A stretch of DNA of 64,000 bases from Giardia intestinalis (taxonomy: Eukaryota). The position numbers were made by a program, and so were the translations under genes. The stretch lies in NCBI GenBank assembly GCA_000002435.2, contig CM018793.1; one strand, given 5' to 3'. Shown in pieces: positions 28,824 through 38,720 of the stretch. How positions within the stretch are numbered: the first letter of the stretch is position 1; the number at the start of each line of letters is the position of its first letter. The notes under the pieces were generated by a model. That model was not told the origin of the DNA and did not search any database. It worked only from the letters and a program-made list of their open reading frames with translations.

Positions 28824-30533
28824 ATGTGCTCGCGGCTCAACCCATGCGAGCGGCTGCATAGTACACTATCGGAGCGAGTCTTGTCCAAGAAAATCTTCGG
28901 AAGAACTGGTCTGATCCCAGACATGCGTGCCTTCACTGCGAGCTCCGCCGACACCACTCTCAATGAGCAGCAATATTCTTACGCGACCCTTTTAGCAAGC
29001 GTTACCGAGCTTGAATATCGCACATTTGTGAAAGATCTTATCGCCACTATGGATCCTCTACCAGTTATCAAGCGGTCTGGCCCTGTGAACCTTCACCGCC
29101 CATCAGGCTCTCTAATTGGTGGCCACGTAGCCGACTTGGTTTCTGCAATCCATGCTTCCACTCAGCAAGTAGCCTCTGAGACCACTTTGCATAGTGTAGA
29201 TAGTGTTCAAAAGGTCTCTGGGATTCCCTCTAGATCAGAGCATCACAAAAACGTCGATGAGCCCTCCCTGAAGTTAGTATCTGCATCTTCCCTTTTGCCC
29301 CCAATGCATTTTCTCAATGCCTGCCCTTCTTCTTCGAGTACCGAGCTCCTCGGAGGTGTTGACGAAGCGCCTTCCTCAGTGCGAAAGACCAAGGATAGTG
29401 ATAAGCGCGGTAAACCCCAGTCGGCCTCTAGTAACTTGGCAAAGCAGCTCATCGACGAGGGGATACTTGTGGACCTCAACATAGATATATACAATAGTCA
29501 AAAGCTCATAGGCATGAAGTCTGCTCTTGTTGAATTGGAAACCTCCATTCTGGTACCTGTTAACCATCCGCACCTCTACACAAAGGGTTTATCTCTCAAT
29601 CGTGGAATCCTTCTCTATGGACCGCCTGGCAGCGGAAAAACATTTCTGTGCAAGTGTGTAGCTGCTGCAGCAGGTGTCTCGTTCTTCATTGTGACTGCAT
29701 CTCACATCATGTCGAAGTGGCAGGGTGAGTCAGAGAAGCTTGTCAGCTCGCTTTTTCAGCTGGCTCGTGAAAAGGCCCCGTCCATCATCCTTATAGACGA
29801 GATTGATGGACTTCTGTCCCAGCGTTCGGGTGACGACAGCGATGGAATACGGCGTGTTAAGAATCAATTCCTGCAATGCTTTGATGAGACAAAGCACTAC
29901 AACAATGAACAGATTCTCCAATTTTCATCCGACTCTGGTGCCTCTCAAGAACTTATGGGGCCAAGCTCACCTGCGCGTTCCACCTCCGTTGAAAGGCTTA
30001 AGTTTGTCATTGTGCTAGGCGCAACAAACTTTCCAGAGGCAATAGACCAAGCAGCATTCAGGCGGTTTGATAAGCGAATCTTCATCTCTCTTCCTGATAC
30101 CAATGATCGCGAGCAGTTTCTTTTGCGTAACCTCCCTAAGCACCTTATTGAAGAAGAGCCTGACTTACCACGGCATATAGCTGATAGGACGCACAACTTT
30201 TCTAATGCCGACTTGGAGCTTCTATGTGAGGGAGTCAAAAATTGTGCCACGCGGAAGCTTGTAGAGGCCGAGTACTTTATAAAGAATGCGAAGAACGAGT
30301 GGGTTATCTGTGAGCATGGTGACACGATTTTAGAAACGGACACGCCGGAAAACAAGGCCCTTCGTCCCCTCCTCTTCAAGGGGAAGCTTTCTCAACTCCC
30401 GAAGGGTAGGTGCAACTTGCCGAAGATCACCCTCAAAGACGCTCTCGATGTTCTTCGCAATACATTTCCCTCAGTCACAGAAGCAGATATGAAGAAGTAC
30501 CACGATTTTGCCCAGCAGTTTAAGCACTCATAG
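28824..30533 (+). CDS. AAA+ ATPase of the meiotic clade (katanin p60 / spastin / fidgetin / Vps4-like)
   Basis: Walker A LLYGPPGSGKTFL, Walker B IILIDEIDGLL, RRVKNQFLQ and ATNFPEAIDQAAFRRFDKRIFISLP (sensor and arginine-finger region) are typical of this clade. An unusual insert of about 70 aa lies between Walker B and the second region of homology. The N-terminal roughly 250 aa are not conserved. Confidence 0.8.
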   Translation: MCSRLNPCERLHSTLSERVLSKKIFGRTGLIPDMRAFTASSADTTLNEQQYSYATLLASVTELEYRTFVKDLIATMDPLPVIKRSGPVNLHRPSGSLIGGHVADLVSAIHASTQQVASETTLHSVDSVQKVSGIPSRSEHHKNVDEPSLKLVSASSLLPPMHFLNACPSSSSTELLGGVDEAPSSVRKTKDSDKRGKPQSASSNLAKQLIDEGILVDLNIDIYNSQKLIGMKSALVELETSILVPVNHPHLYTKGLSLNRGILLYGPPGSGKTFLCKCVAAAAGVSFFIVTASHIMSKWQGESEKLVSSLFQLAREKAPSIILIDEIDGLLSQRSGDDSDGIRRVKNQFLQCFDETKHYNNEQILQFSSDSGASQELMGPSSPARSTSVERLKFVIVLGATNFPEAIDQAAFRRFDKRIFISLPDTNDREQFLLRNLPKHLIEEEPDLPRHIADRTHNFSNADLELLCEGVKNCATRKLVEAEYFIKNAKNEWVICEHGDTILETDTPENKALRPLLFKGKLSQLPKGRCNLPKITLKDALDVLRNTFPSVTEADMKKYHDFAQQFKHS

Positions 30534-30603
30534 AGCCATTATCCAGAACAATCAAAGGTATTCTCCAAATGCGGCCATAGACAATTTACAAGAGACCTTG
30601 GGC

Positions 30604-33600
30604 TCATACCAGTCCTGTTTCTGATGCCCGAACAGATGATCCGCGACGAGATGCCTGGCTGCTCAGCTGTTCCAGTGATGTGATAACCTCTTCCTTAACC
30701 TTCTTTGCATTTACGAGCTCCTGGTGTATTACACTAAGCTCCCGGTACTCTGTATCTAGTTTATCCAACCGCTCCATCAACTTGGCATTCTTTTCGGTGA
30801 ACTCAGTAATATCGTTCTGATAGCAATCTAGCTTCTCCATGAGCTTCAGCGCATCAGTACTCAGATCCTGCTCATGATGTGTTGATCCCAGAGAGGCGCG
30901 CTCCTCGGGATTGTCCACAGACGCACGGACACAATCCACGATAGACACATGAAGGTTGTGGAGCGTTTCATCGACCTTCTCGGGGCTATTAACGGATAAG
31001 TCACTGATAGAATGGGTGCTGTGGTACATATCCCTTGTTGTATAATTGATGGACAGGTCGTCTCTCCATGTAGTAATGCCCGAGCTTGGTCGTCCGCCAC
31101 CCTTGCGTGATGCTGTTCCATCTAACCTAGTACCACTCTTGGCGCCAGTGGTTGCGCTCTGAGATCTCTTTGGGCTCTGGGCTGTGCCGCCAGCGAACGG
31201 GGCAGGAGTCCCAAAGGCACTAGTCGGGGCACGCAGAGGATGTGCGTTAGTTCTAGAACCGATTTCTGCGCTCATGACCTTCCGCTTGTTGGCAGACATT
31301 ACGTTCAATCTGTCTCCGAAAAAGCGCGTGTTTATGTTCGTTCGATAATCAAATGGACTGAATGGGTTTGGAGTACTTTTGATGTTTCGTTGTTGATTGG
31401 TTGGCCCCATAAGCTCTTGCGGCACGTCTCGCTGCTCAAGGAACTCGTGCGACTCATTCAGTTTTGAATCTGATATGCCCAGCATGCTTTGAATGGCCTG
31501 TGTTGTTGGTGCGCCATGCTGGCCGAATGCGAGTGTGGAGTTATCGGAGATATAGCTTGCAGAAGCGGTGGACATCATGTCTTTTCGTTCCAAGCTCATC
31601 TCTGTCAGGCCCAAGCGAGATGTAACAAACTTCGGGCTAACAATAGTCGACGCTTTGTCTAGCGTTATTTGCAACGCCATGATCTCATTCTCCTTGGCTT
31701 GGACGATGTCTAGAAGGTCATCGTTGATAGACTCCACCTTTTCTAAACGCCTTTCTGCGATCCGCGAATTCGCCCGTAGCTTCTTAGTTTCAATCTTCAA
31801 CTCTGTAACCTTCTGACGCAGTGTTTCTACCGTGTCATCTTCGGTTAAGCTTATTTCTCCTTGCGGAGAGTCTATTCTGTTTTGTGTAAACGCTTCAGTG
31901 TCCAAATCGTTTTCTTTCGTCAGATCAACAACGTCCTTCTGATACATCTTTAGCTGAGCTTCCAGCTCCTCAATTCTTTCTTCATAGACCATTCTTTCGT
32001 CCCTTTCAAGTGCACCAGTGGTGCAATTGCTCTGTCTATAAGAAAGCAATGAAGTCTCATGAGGCTCTGAAAGTCTATCCGTGCAGAGTCCGAAGTCACG
32101 TGTTTGTGGGCAGGACGTCTCAGACCGTTGGAGAGCGTCTCGATCCTGTTCAGAAGGCTTTGAGTCTGCACTGCTCTGTAGGTGGCGTACGCTCTCCGGC
32201 TCCTGGTCCTGACACATATCCATAGGGTCGGCTTCGGAAAGGGTAGGGGAGGACATTTCTGTGGCCTCGTTATTTTGGGTCTTTCCAATCTGCGAAGACA
32301 TCAGGGATTGCTCTGCTATTTTCTGATGGAGTAGATGCTCAAGCCGTGCAACTTCTTCTGCCAATGCCTCCTTCTGTGACTCGAGTTCCAAAATGCGGCG
32401 TTCCTGGCTCATTCTAGTCGTAGGTGGCAGTGCCGGCGGTGCCATGAGCGACGTAGGAGGGACATGTTCGGACAAATCATGACAAACAATGTCTATGTCC
32501 GACAGGGATGTACTGCCACTATCTTGGCAGAAGTCAGCAGGGTATACATCTGTCAATTTCTCCGACGGTGTTCCAGCTGTCAATGATAACTTGTTTGTTA
32601 ATTCGAGTATTTGTTTCTGATACGCAAGGTTTTCAGCAGTCAAACGCTCCAGCTCCTTGTCCTTTTGCTCCATGTCCACGAGAAGCTTGTTGGTTTGCTC
32701 AGCGTCGACAGGGTTTGACTCTGTGGACTGCTCCATAGGAGCATCAGGTCCTGTGGTCATCGATTTATCCGTAGAGCTACGCCGCCCACTTGCAACAGAC
32801 ATAGCCTTTGGCATGTTGACAGAAAGTATACTGTTTCTGGCGTCATAAAGCACCTCGCCCTCTGATGGGTCGTTGCCAGTATCCGCTGGTTTGCTAAATA
32901 AAGAGCTCTTGCGAGGCCCGGGGCTTACCGACTGTGTATCTGCCAGAGAAACCATAGAGTCGGCTCCTGAGCCATCATGTCCCTTGTTCATTCGGGCCTT
33001 GAGTGCTTGATTTTCAGCGGCCAGTTCCATATTGGACTGAACAAGCGCAACCATCTTCATCTCCAACGAGTCCATTCTGTCTGTAACAGTGGAGGCTAAC
33101 TGCAAACGCTGCTGGGCGTCGATGTGGGCAGAGCTTCTAGAAAGTTGAGATGACCGAACGGACATGGACTGGCGTAAACTGTTAACCTCTCTGAACGTGT
33201 TTGCGTATGCTTGCATGAGGCTTGAGCGCGAATCCATGGACATACTTCTTCTGGTGGACAAGTCTTCCAACGCGAGATGTTCATTGTCCGACTCGGTAGC
33301 TCTGCCGAGAAGGCTAGTTCGGATTATAGACACTTCATTGGGCTTACCGTGCAACACTGCCTTGATTGTCTGGACATTTGGAGCAGGCGTAATGCTTGAC
33401 GTCTTCGAGGACTCAGGTTGAGGATCATCTTTCTCCCGCCCCCCAAGGTTGGACCCTGCTCGGTGCGGTGGCATACTGGAAATATGACCAAGGGATGACC
33501 CACTTTTTGGCTTTTTGGCGGAGAGGGATGCATAGGGCGGTGGCTCAACTGACGAACTGTATTGCTGTGATGCAGAAGACCTAACGTCTGAACGTGAATC

Positions 33601-34368
33601 CCGGGATGTGGAAACCTTGCTAGTGTCTCCAGAACCTGTAGTCGTAGTCGGGTGTGTGTTGGATGTGTGGGTAATGGATGTGTGTGCTTGACTGCTCCTT
33701 TGGACGGAAGGCTGGGGTGACATAGAGCTGTGAATCGTGGTGTTGGTTAAGTTGCTGAAAACTACAGACTGCCGCTCCATGGATCCAAGAGACCTCCGAA
33801 CGCCCGAAAGAAACGTGCCTTCCAACGGTGCGAGAAAATTAGCAATCTCCTGAAAATCCAGCTCAAGTGCAAGGACATAGGCGGTCTTTCCAGCGAGATC
33901 GGTGTAGCCTGTTTCTCGAAGACTCAGTTGCTTGACGGCGTCAAATCGGCGATTGAGGACAGCGTGCATCATTGCGGTCCGACCATCCACGTCTGCGCGA
34001 CACTTCTGATACGGAAGAAGACTAATAATTGCATCGATAGAGCCCTCCATTGCTGCTATCATTAGGGCGCTACGGCTGTTTTCAGTTGCTATGTTCATCT
34101 CATAAGGCGCCAGCTTCTGACAGATGTCCGCCGAGTTAATACTAGCTGCTATCATCAGCGCAGTGTACCCACTTGAGTTGCGCAATGAATGCTCGAACGA
34201 GGCAAGCAAGTGCACCATCTCTGTGTCCTTTGCGCGGACTGCTCGCATGAGCCCCGTTTCTCCCCGTTCGTCGACGGACTTCTGGTAGGTAGCGATGTTG
34301 GCGCGGACCGCTGAGTAGTTGCGCGTTCCAATGGCCTGGAACCATTCCTCCGCGCTGCTGAAGAGCAT
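30604..34368 (-). CDS. Ankyrin-repeat plus long coiled-coil / Ser-rich protein (Protein 21.1-like)
   Basis: The track start at 34509 is TTG and lies inside the neighbouring alpha-giardin gene. The first ATG is at 34366-34368 (MLFSSAEEWFQ...). N-terminal ankyrin repeats (GYTALMIAA, SALMIAAMEG, RTAMMHAV) are followed by about 900 aa of coiled-coil and S/T-rich low complexity. Confidence 0.65.
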   Translation of the reverse strand: MLFSSAEEWFQAIGTRNYSAVRANIATYQKSVDERGETGLMRAVRAKDTEMVHLLASFEHSLRNSSGYTALMIAASINSADICQKLAPYEMNIATENSRSALMIAAMEGSIDAIISLLPYQKCRADVDGRTAMMHAVLNRRFDAVKQLSLRETGYTDLAGKTAYVLALELDFQEIANFLAPLEGTFLSGVRRSLGSMERQSVVFSNLTNTTIHSSMSPQPSVQRSSQAHTSITHTSNTHPTTTTGSGDTSKVSTSRDSRSDVRSSASQQYSSSVEPPPYASLSAKKPKSGSSLGHISSMPPHRAGSNLGGREKDDPQPESSKTSSITPAPNVQTIKAVLHGKPNEVSIIRTSLLGRATESDNEHLALEDLSTRRSMSMDSRSSLMQAYANTFREVNSLRQSMSVRSSQLSRSSAHIDAQQRLQLASTVTDRMDSLEMKMVALVQSNMELAAENQALKARMNKGHDGSGADSMVSLADTQSVSPGPRKSSLFSKPADTGNDPSEGEVLYDARNSILSVNMPKAMSVASGRRSSTDKSMTTGPDAPMEQSTESNPVDAEQTNKLLVDMEQKDKELERLTAENLAYQKQILELTNKLSLTAGTPSEKLTDVYPADFCQDSGSTSLSDIDIVCHDLSEHVPPTSLMAPPALPPTTRMSQERRILELESQKEALAEEVARLEHLLHQKIAEQSLMSSQIGKTQNNEATEMSSPTLSEADPMDMCQDQEPESVRHLQSSADSKPSEQDRDALQRSETSCPQTRDFGLCTDRLSEPHETSLLSYRQSNCTTGALERDERMVYEERIEELEAQLKMYQKDVVDLTKENDLDTEAFTQNRIDSPQGEISLTEDDTVETLRQKVTELKIETKKLRANSRIAERRLEKVESINDDLLDIVQAKENEIMALQITLDKASTIVSPKFVTSRLGLTEMSLERKDMMSTASASYISDNSTLAFGQHGAPTTQAIQSMLGISDSKLNESHEFLEQRDVPQELMGPTNQQRNIKSTPNPFSPFDYRTNINTRFFGDRLNVMSANKRKVMSAEIGSRTNAHPLRAPTSAFGTPAPFAGGTAQSPKRSQSATTGAKSGTRLDGTASRKGGGRPSSGITTWRDDLSINYTTRDMYHSTHSISDLSVNSPEKVDETLHNLHVSIVDCVRASVDNPEERASLGSTHHEQDLSTDALKLMEKLDCYQNDITEFTEKNAKLMERLDKLDTEYRELSVIHQELVNAKKVKEEVITSLEQLSSQASRRGSSVRASETGLV

Positions 34369-34429
34369 CCACTGATTTGCTAATATAATAAAACTAAAAC
34401 GCCTTTCATTTACCTCTAGAGAAGGAGAC

Positions 34430-35320
34430 CTACACTCTCCAAAGGACCTTGAGAACCTCTTCAACCGCATCCTTAAAGGCGTTGACGATATCCTTGCCCA
34501 TATCACCAAACTCTGAATAGTAGTTCTTTGCGTTGAGACACTTGTCGCAGAGGAGCGGGCTCAGGCGCGTCATCCTAGCGATGTCGCCCTTCTTATCGGC
34601 TGTGCATGCATGGTGGATAAGGAACGCGGCTCCGTTGTTCATACCAATGTTACGATAGTGGGCTGTGTGGAGCGCCCAGTAGAGCGGCCCCGAGGTTAGA
34701 GCTGCAAAAGCCTGGATCATAGTCATCCCAGCAACCTTCTCGAACTGGGTGGCGATAGCCTTGTACTCGCTCTCTACGGTGGTGGACATGATGTCAAAGA
34801 CGGTCTGCTCATCCTTCTTCGAAAAAGCCTCCTTGAGCTTAAGGGCATCGCCATTGATGTTGTTCCTCGGAGCACGGTCAAACTTGATCCAAGTGGTATA
34901 GAATGCACGGTAGCTAGTCGTGGACTTCAGGGCCTTTTCAAGCTCCTCAGGAAGATTCTTACGGAACTGTTGAGTGAATGCAACGACGGTATTGTTCCAG
35001 TCTTCGCGATCACACATGATCAACAGGTCAAGGAGGGCCCTGTGGTCGACAGAGCCCTTCAGGGCCTTGGAGAGATGCTTGGCACGCAGGACAGGAAGCT
35101 CATCCCAACAGTTCGAGACGATGGTGGCAGCATCCCCACCCTTGAGCATCTTGTTGATGTGGTCGTCCGGCTCTATGGAGTAGGTGCTGCGATACTGCGC
35201 TCTGACCTTCTCTCTGTCCGAGGCACTGTACTTACACGCAACCTCTGCGATGGCACGCGCAGACTTCTGCAAGATAGCGGCATTCAGGTCCGCTACGACC
35301 TTGGTGACAGTGTCAGACAT
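34430..35320 (-). CDS. Alpha-giardin (Giardia annexin homologue)
   Basis: 296 aa. The overall pattern and the C-terminus ...FGDMGKDIVNAFKDAVEEVLKVLWRV resemble the alpha-giardin family (alpha-1 giardin ends ...ILRTLWRVK). The four-repeat annexin-like organisation is present. Which paralogue it is cannot be decided here. Confidence 0.8.
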   Translation of the reverse strand: MSDTVTKVVADLNAAILQKSARAIAEVACKYSASDREKVRAQYRSTYSIEPDDHINKMLKGGDAATIVSNCWDELPVLRAKHLSKALKGSVDHRALLDLLIMCDREDWNNTVVAFTQQFRKNLPEELEKALKSTTSYRAFYTTWIKFDRAPRNNINGDALKLKEAFSKKDEQTVFDIMSTTVESEYKAIATQFEKVAGMTMIQAFAALTSGPLYWALHTAHYRNIGMNNGAAFLIHHACTADKKGDIARMTRLSPLLCDKCLNAKNYYSEFGDMGKDIVNAFKDAVEEVLKVLWRV

Positions 35321-35504
35321 TTTTATTTATTGTTGCCCAGTCAGATGATTTTCGTTGAAGAAGCCACGGTCCGCTTGAATCTTCTTGAACAGGTGTACAC
35401 ATCAGATACTTTAATTTCATGCAAACCTGGCTCCGAGCAAAGGTTTTTTCAACAGCTGTTCTGCCTATAAAAGGTATAAAATTCACCATAAATCGTTCAA
35501 ATAA

Positions 35505-37961
35505 ATGTTACAACTCGTGACCACTCTAATTCTTCTACTCCTTAGTCTAGCCGATCCTTCCTCGGACGCGCTTTGTCTGACAACTCTTGTTGCAAATACA
35601 AATGGAACAGATACGTGGTTTAATAGGACGGATTGGAGCACCAGCATAGATGCTCAGACCATGTGTATGCTTCCGGGGGTCGTCTGTGACGCGTCTGGCC
35701 AGGTTAGACAGCTCCACCTCCCTGGAAACGGCATCATAGCCCCCGATTTCAAGCACTCTCTTCCACCGTGCATTGGAAGCATGGACGGACTAGAGTACTT
35801 GAATCTCACCGGAAATGCGCTCAAGGGCCAAATAGCTGACCTTCCTGCGCGTATAAAAGTAGTCGACTTGACCAGGAACAGTTTCACTAAGCTTCCCTCC
35901 AACATATGCAATTTGGCTAACACCCTCGAGATATTCCTTGTGGCAAATAACCCACTGACAGACGGAGTAATCCCTGAGTGTACCATGAGCATCCCATCTA
36001 TAGACTTTGGCCGCACCCAGCTTTCCTTTCCGGCTGGGAAGAGCTCCCTGACAATCGGTGCTGACACAAAGTGCTTTGGTCTTGCTGATATTTCTGCTCC
36101 TGGTGTTTCTCTTGTGCTTCCAACCGAGACTGCAAATCGGCTCACTTATTTGGACCTGTCGAACATGGGCCTGTCAGGCACACTTACCACTGACAATTTT
36201 AAGGCTCTACTCATGGGGACTGACGTTATGCTAGGATACAATCAACTTGAAGGAGAACTGGATCTAAAGGCAGTGTCAGAGGGCATACAGACTCAGGGAT
36301 ATTCGAAGATAAGGCTGTTGGATTTATCCAACAACAACTTCAAGGGCCTCATGGAAGGGGTGCAAGAGCTAGAGTCTCTTCTTCCTAAGTTCGGCCCCGA
36401 TATCTCTGTAATTGATATCTCCAACAATGCACTCGTTGGTATTGCACCCAAACTTAATGAGATTGCCAACTTTCGTGAGAGATTTCCGCATTTGATAGGC
36501 ATCAGAGCTAGCGGAAATAACTTTTTCTGTACCAAGGGTGTCTATGGAGTACAGGAGTCCAAGATGTCAGCTCCTGATGGTAGTAGCGATTGTACTCTGC
36601 TATTAACTACGGGAGCCACCGTTAAGGAAGTGATAATTCCGGCAGACTATTCTGACCCCGAGAATCCTATCGAGGAACAGCGCTACTATGAAGTCAGCCT
36701 CGTGCTGCGGTCAGGGTCTGCCACCAAGCCCTTGGACATCTCCAAGTTTGGAAGCACAGACTTCAGCTTTGGAATATACGATAGCGACCCCCAGACATCT
36801 GTTATGATCATCGAGGGAGTTGGGTTGCAGGCTGACGTCTCAGACCCGGTGGTCTTTACAACCTCAGGCCGAACTACAACGGACGAAGCCTATGCAGCAA
36901 TCAAGAAGTACGTTAACCTCATTGACGATCAAGGGAGCATCCCACCGAGCGTGATTACAGCGTTTTGGAAGACGCACGCGTTAGAGACCCACTTCGCGCT
37001 GAGTGGACCTGAGGTTCCTGCTGAGCATGAAGTGTACAGGACAAAGAATAGCTCGGATACCTTTTTGGGGACGATCTACTTGACAGGCAGCGGGGAAAGC
37101 GAGGAGCTCCACGAAGTTATAACACAGATTCTAACGCCGATGTTTGCCAAGTTCCCGAAGGTGCGCCGTTACTTTTCTGTCTCCTTCACGAGCACAGTCG
37201 AGCCGTATCAGTACAATACGTTAAAAGGTTATTCTCTCGTTTCCCCTGCGTCGGCTCTTGCCGACACATATATCGGGTGCTTCTCGTACTATACAGACTA
37301 TAATCTCACAAGGCTTAATGACCTTATGGAGTGCATGCATCCAAACGGCAGATTTGACCAATTGCCGTACATCCTCGAAACGTGTACGGAACAGCTCCTA
37401 GTCGGAAGATACGGCCTTTCTACAGCAAAGCTCAATGCCTTTAATCGCTGCTATCATGAGACCCGCGGAGTTTACCAGTCTCGCCTTGACATTTATAACA
37501 ATGATGTCAAGACGCGTGGCGTGGGCAGCACCACGGTCATGCGTCTAGGTGAGGACGTCTTCTGTGTTCCTCGTAACTCTTATTGTCAGTTCACCTACGA
37601 CACTACCAATTTGACTGAAACCGCATACCAGTTTGTTTGGTCCGCCTGTGACCAGCTGCGCAGTCAGCTGGGAGAGGCATCAACGCTTGGTTGTCCCAAG
37701 TATGGCGAATATGAGCCAGAGACCCCGCCGGAGCCGAACCCAGACCCTGAGCCTAGCCCCGATCCAGATCCCAGTCCAGAGCCGGACCCAAGTACCAACG
37801 AGTCGTCCATCAACGTTGGCATGACCACTGGAATTATCGCCGGTGGTGTCCTAGTGGCTGTTTTGATCGTGGTTATTCCTATAATAGTCTCAAAGCGTAG
37901 GAGGCCCAGAGCCTCTACGGAGTCCGAGGCTGCGCCATTGACTGGACACGACTATGCCTAG
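35505..37961 (+). CDS. Type I membrane protein with leucine-rich repeats, a Pro/Glu/Asp-rich stalk and a C-terminal TM anchor
   Basis: Signal peptide MLQLVTTLILLLLSLA. LRRs such as LDLSNNNFKG and IDISNNALVG. Low-complexity stalk PEPNPDPEPSPDPDPSPEPDPS. TM segment GIIAGGVLVAVLIVVIPIIV followed by KRRRP. AT-rich promoter-like stretch upstream. Confidence 0.7.
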   Translation: MLQLVTTLILLLLSLADPSSDALCLTTLVANTNGTDTWFNRTDWSTSIDAQTMCMLPGVVCDASGQVRQLHLPGNGIIAPDFKHSLPPCIGSMDGLEYLNLTGNALKGQIADLPARIKVVDLTRNSFTKLPSNICNLANTLEIFLVANNPLTDGVIPECTMSIPSIDFGRTQLSFPAGKSSLTIGADTKCFGLADISAPGVSLVLPTETANRLTYLDLSNMGLSGTLTTDNFKALLMGTDVMLGYNQLEGELDLKAVSEGIQTQGYSKIRLLDLSNNNFKGLMEGVQELESLLPKFGPDISVIDISNNALVGIAPKLNEIANFRERFPHLIGIRASGNNFFCTKGVYGVQESKMSAPDGSSDCTLLLTTGATVKEVIIPADYSDPENPIEEQRYYEVSLVLRSGSATKPLDISKFGSTDFSFGIYDSDPQTSVMIIEGVGLQADVSDPVVFTTSGRTTTDEAYAAIKKYVNLIDDQGSIPPSVITAFWKTHALETHFALSGPEVPAEHEVYRTKNSSDTFLGTIYLTGSGESEELHEVITQILTPMFAKFPKVRRYFSVSFTSTVEPYQYNTLKGYSLVSPASALADTYIGCFSYYTDYNLTRLNDLMECMHPNGRFDQLPYILETCTEQLLVGRYGLSTAKLNAFNRCYHETRGVYQSRLDIYNNDVKTRGVGSTTVMRLGEDVFCVPRNSYCQFTYDTTNLTETAYQFVWSACDQLRSQLGEASTLGCPKYGEYEPETPPEPNPDPEPSPDPDPSPEPDPSTNESSINVGMTTGIIAGGVLVAVLIVVIPIIVSKRRRPRASTESEAAPLTGHDYA

Positions 37962-38026
37962 AAAATTACTTCAAAGGGTAAATAATCAAAGGATTCGATA
38001 TTTCGTACTGATTGTCCGGCAAAAAA

Positions 38027-38587
38027 ATGGGGAAGATAGATCTTACCGACCAGGCCATTGAGCTCAAGATAGCAGGTAAACAGATGGAATCTCAGGCGCG
38101 TCGCCTCGAGACTGATGTTAAGAATCTCCGCTTGGAGCTGCAAAGGGTGATTGCATCTAACAATCGCGAACTCGCCAACACAAAGGCAAACCTCCTGGTT
38201 GCGAAGCAGAACCAGATAAACCAGCTTTATAAGCTCGCCGGTCAGATGGAGATCATTGCCACCCAGCTGGAGATAGGCGGCTTGATGATGGAGAATGCGA
38301 AGGAAATCAAAGGATTGAATAAAAATGTGAAGAAGGCTCTGAACACAATGGACACAAAAGCGCTTGCGAAGATCATGGACGAGTTTGCGAAGAGCGACAA
38401 GAACCTCTCCATGAACACCGCCTTCATGGGCCAGATGATGGGTGAGCAGACGAGCGCCACCATGGACTCCCAGGTCGCCGCCAAGCTGATCGCAGAGGTC
38501 GCACTGGAGCAAAAGCTCACGCTCCCCTCCTCGTTTGCAGACCTTGTGGAGCCCGCCGAGGCCCAGGTGGCCCAGAGCGTCGAGTAA
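38027..38587 (+). CDS. ESCRT-III family (Snf7 domain) protein, CHMP1/Did2/Vps46-like
   Basis: 186 aa from the first ATG; the track start is TTG at 38012. Collinear with human CHMP1B: LKIAGKQMESQARRLE versus LKFAAKELSRSAKKCD, and ALAKIMDEFAKSDKNLSMNTAFMGQMMGE versus KISALMDKFEHQFETLDVQTQQMEDTMS. Coiled-coil throughout. Confidence 0.7.
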   Translation: MGKIDLTDQAIELKIAGKQMESQARRLETDVKNLRLELQRVIASNNRELANTKANLLVAKQNQINQLYKLAGQMEIIATQLEIGGLMMENAKEIKGLNKNVKKALNTMDTKALAKIMDEFAKSDKNLSMNTAFMGQMMGEQTSATMDSQVAAKLIAEVALEQKLTLPSSFADLVEPAEAQVAQSVE

Positions 38588-38596
38588 ACGGACAAA

Positions 38597-38669
38597 GGCC
38601 CACGACGGGACTCGAACCCGCGACCTATAGCTTAGAAGGCTACCACTCTATCCACTGAGCTACGCGGGC
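38597..38669 (-). tRNA. tRNA-Arg (anticodon TCT)
   Basis: The minus-strand sequence GCCCGCGTAGCTCAGTGGATAGAGTGGTAGCCTTCTAAGCTATAGGTCGCGGGTTCGAGTCCCGTCGTGGGCC folds as a cloverleaf. It has a 7-bp acceptor stem with one G-U pair, D-arm GCTC/GAGT, a 5-bp anticodon stem, anticodon loop CTTCTAA, T-arm GCGGG/CCCGT and T-loop TTCGAGT. No CCA is encoded. Confidence 0.85.
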
Positions 38670-38720
38670 ACACTCGCGCGCAAGAACGTAAAAGCGCATT
38701 GGATAGCCCTTCGAAGATTG

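Noticed and set aside
34970-35470. ORFs 34970..35470 (+) and 34974..35183 (+)
   Set aside because: They are antisense to the alpha-giardin gene and have no start context or domain, so they are most likely spurious.
37958-38595. ORFs 37958..38512 (-) and 38242..38595 (-) as genes
   Set aside because: They are fully antisense to a well-supported ESCRT-III gene. Their composition is repetitive (H/L/Q-rich) and typical of the reverse complement of coiled-coil coding sequence.
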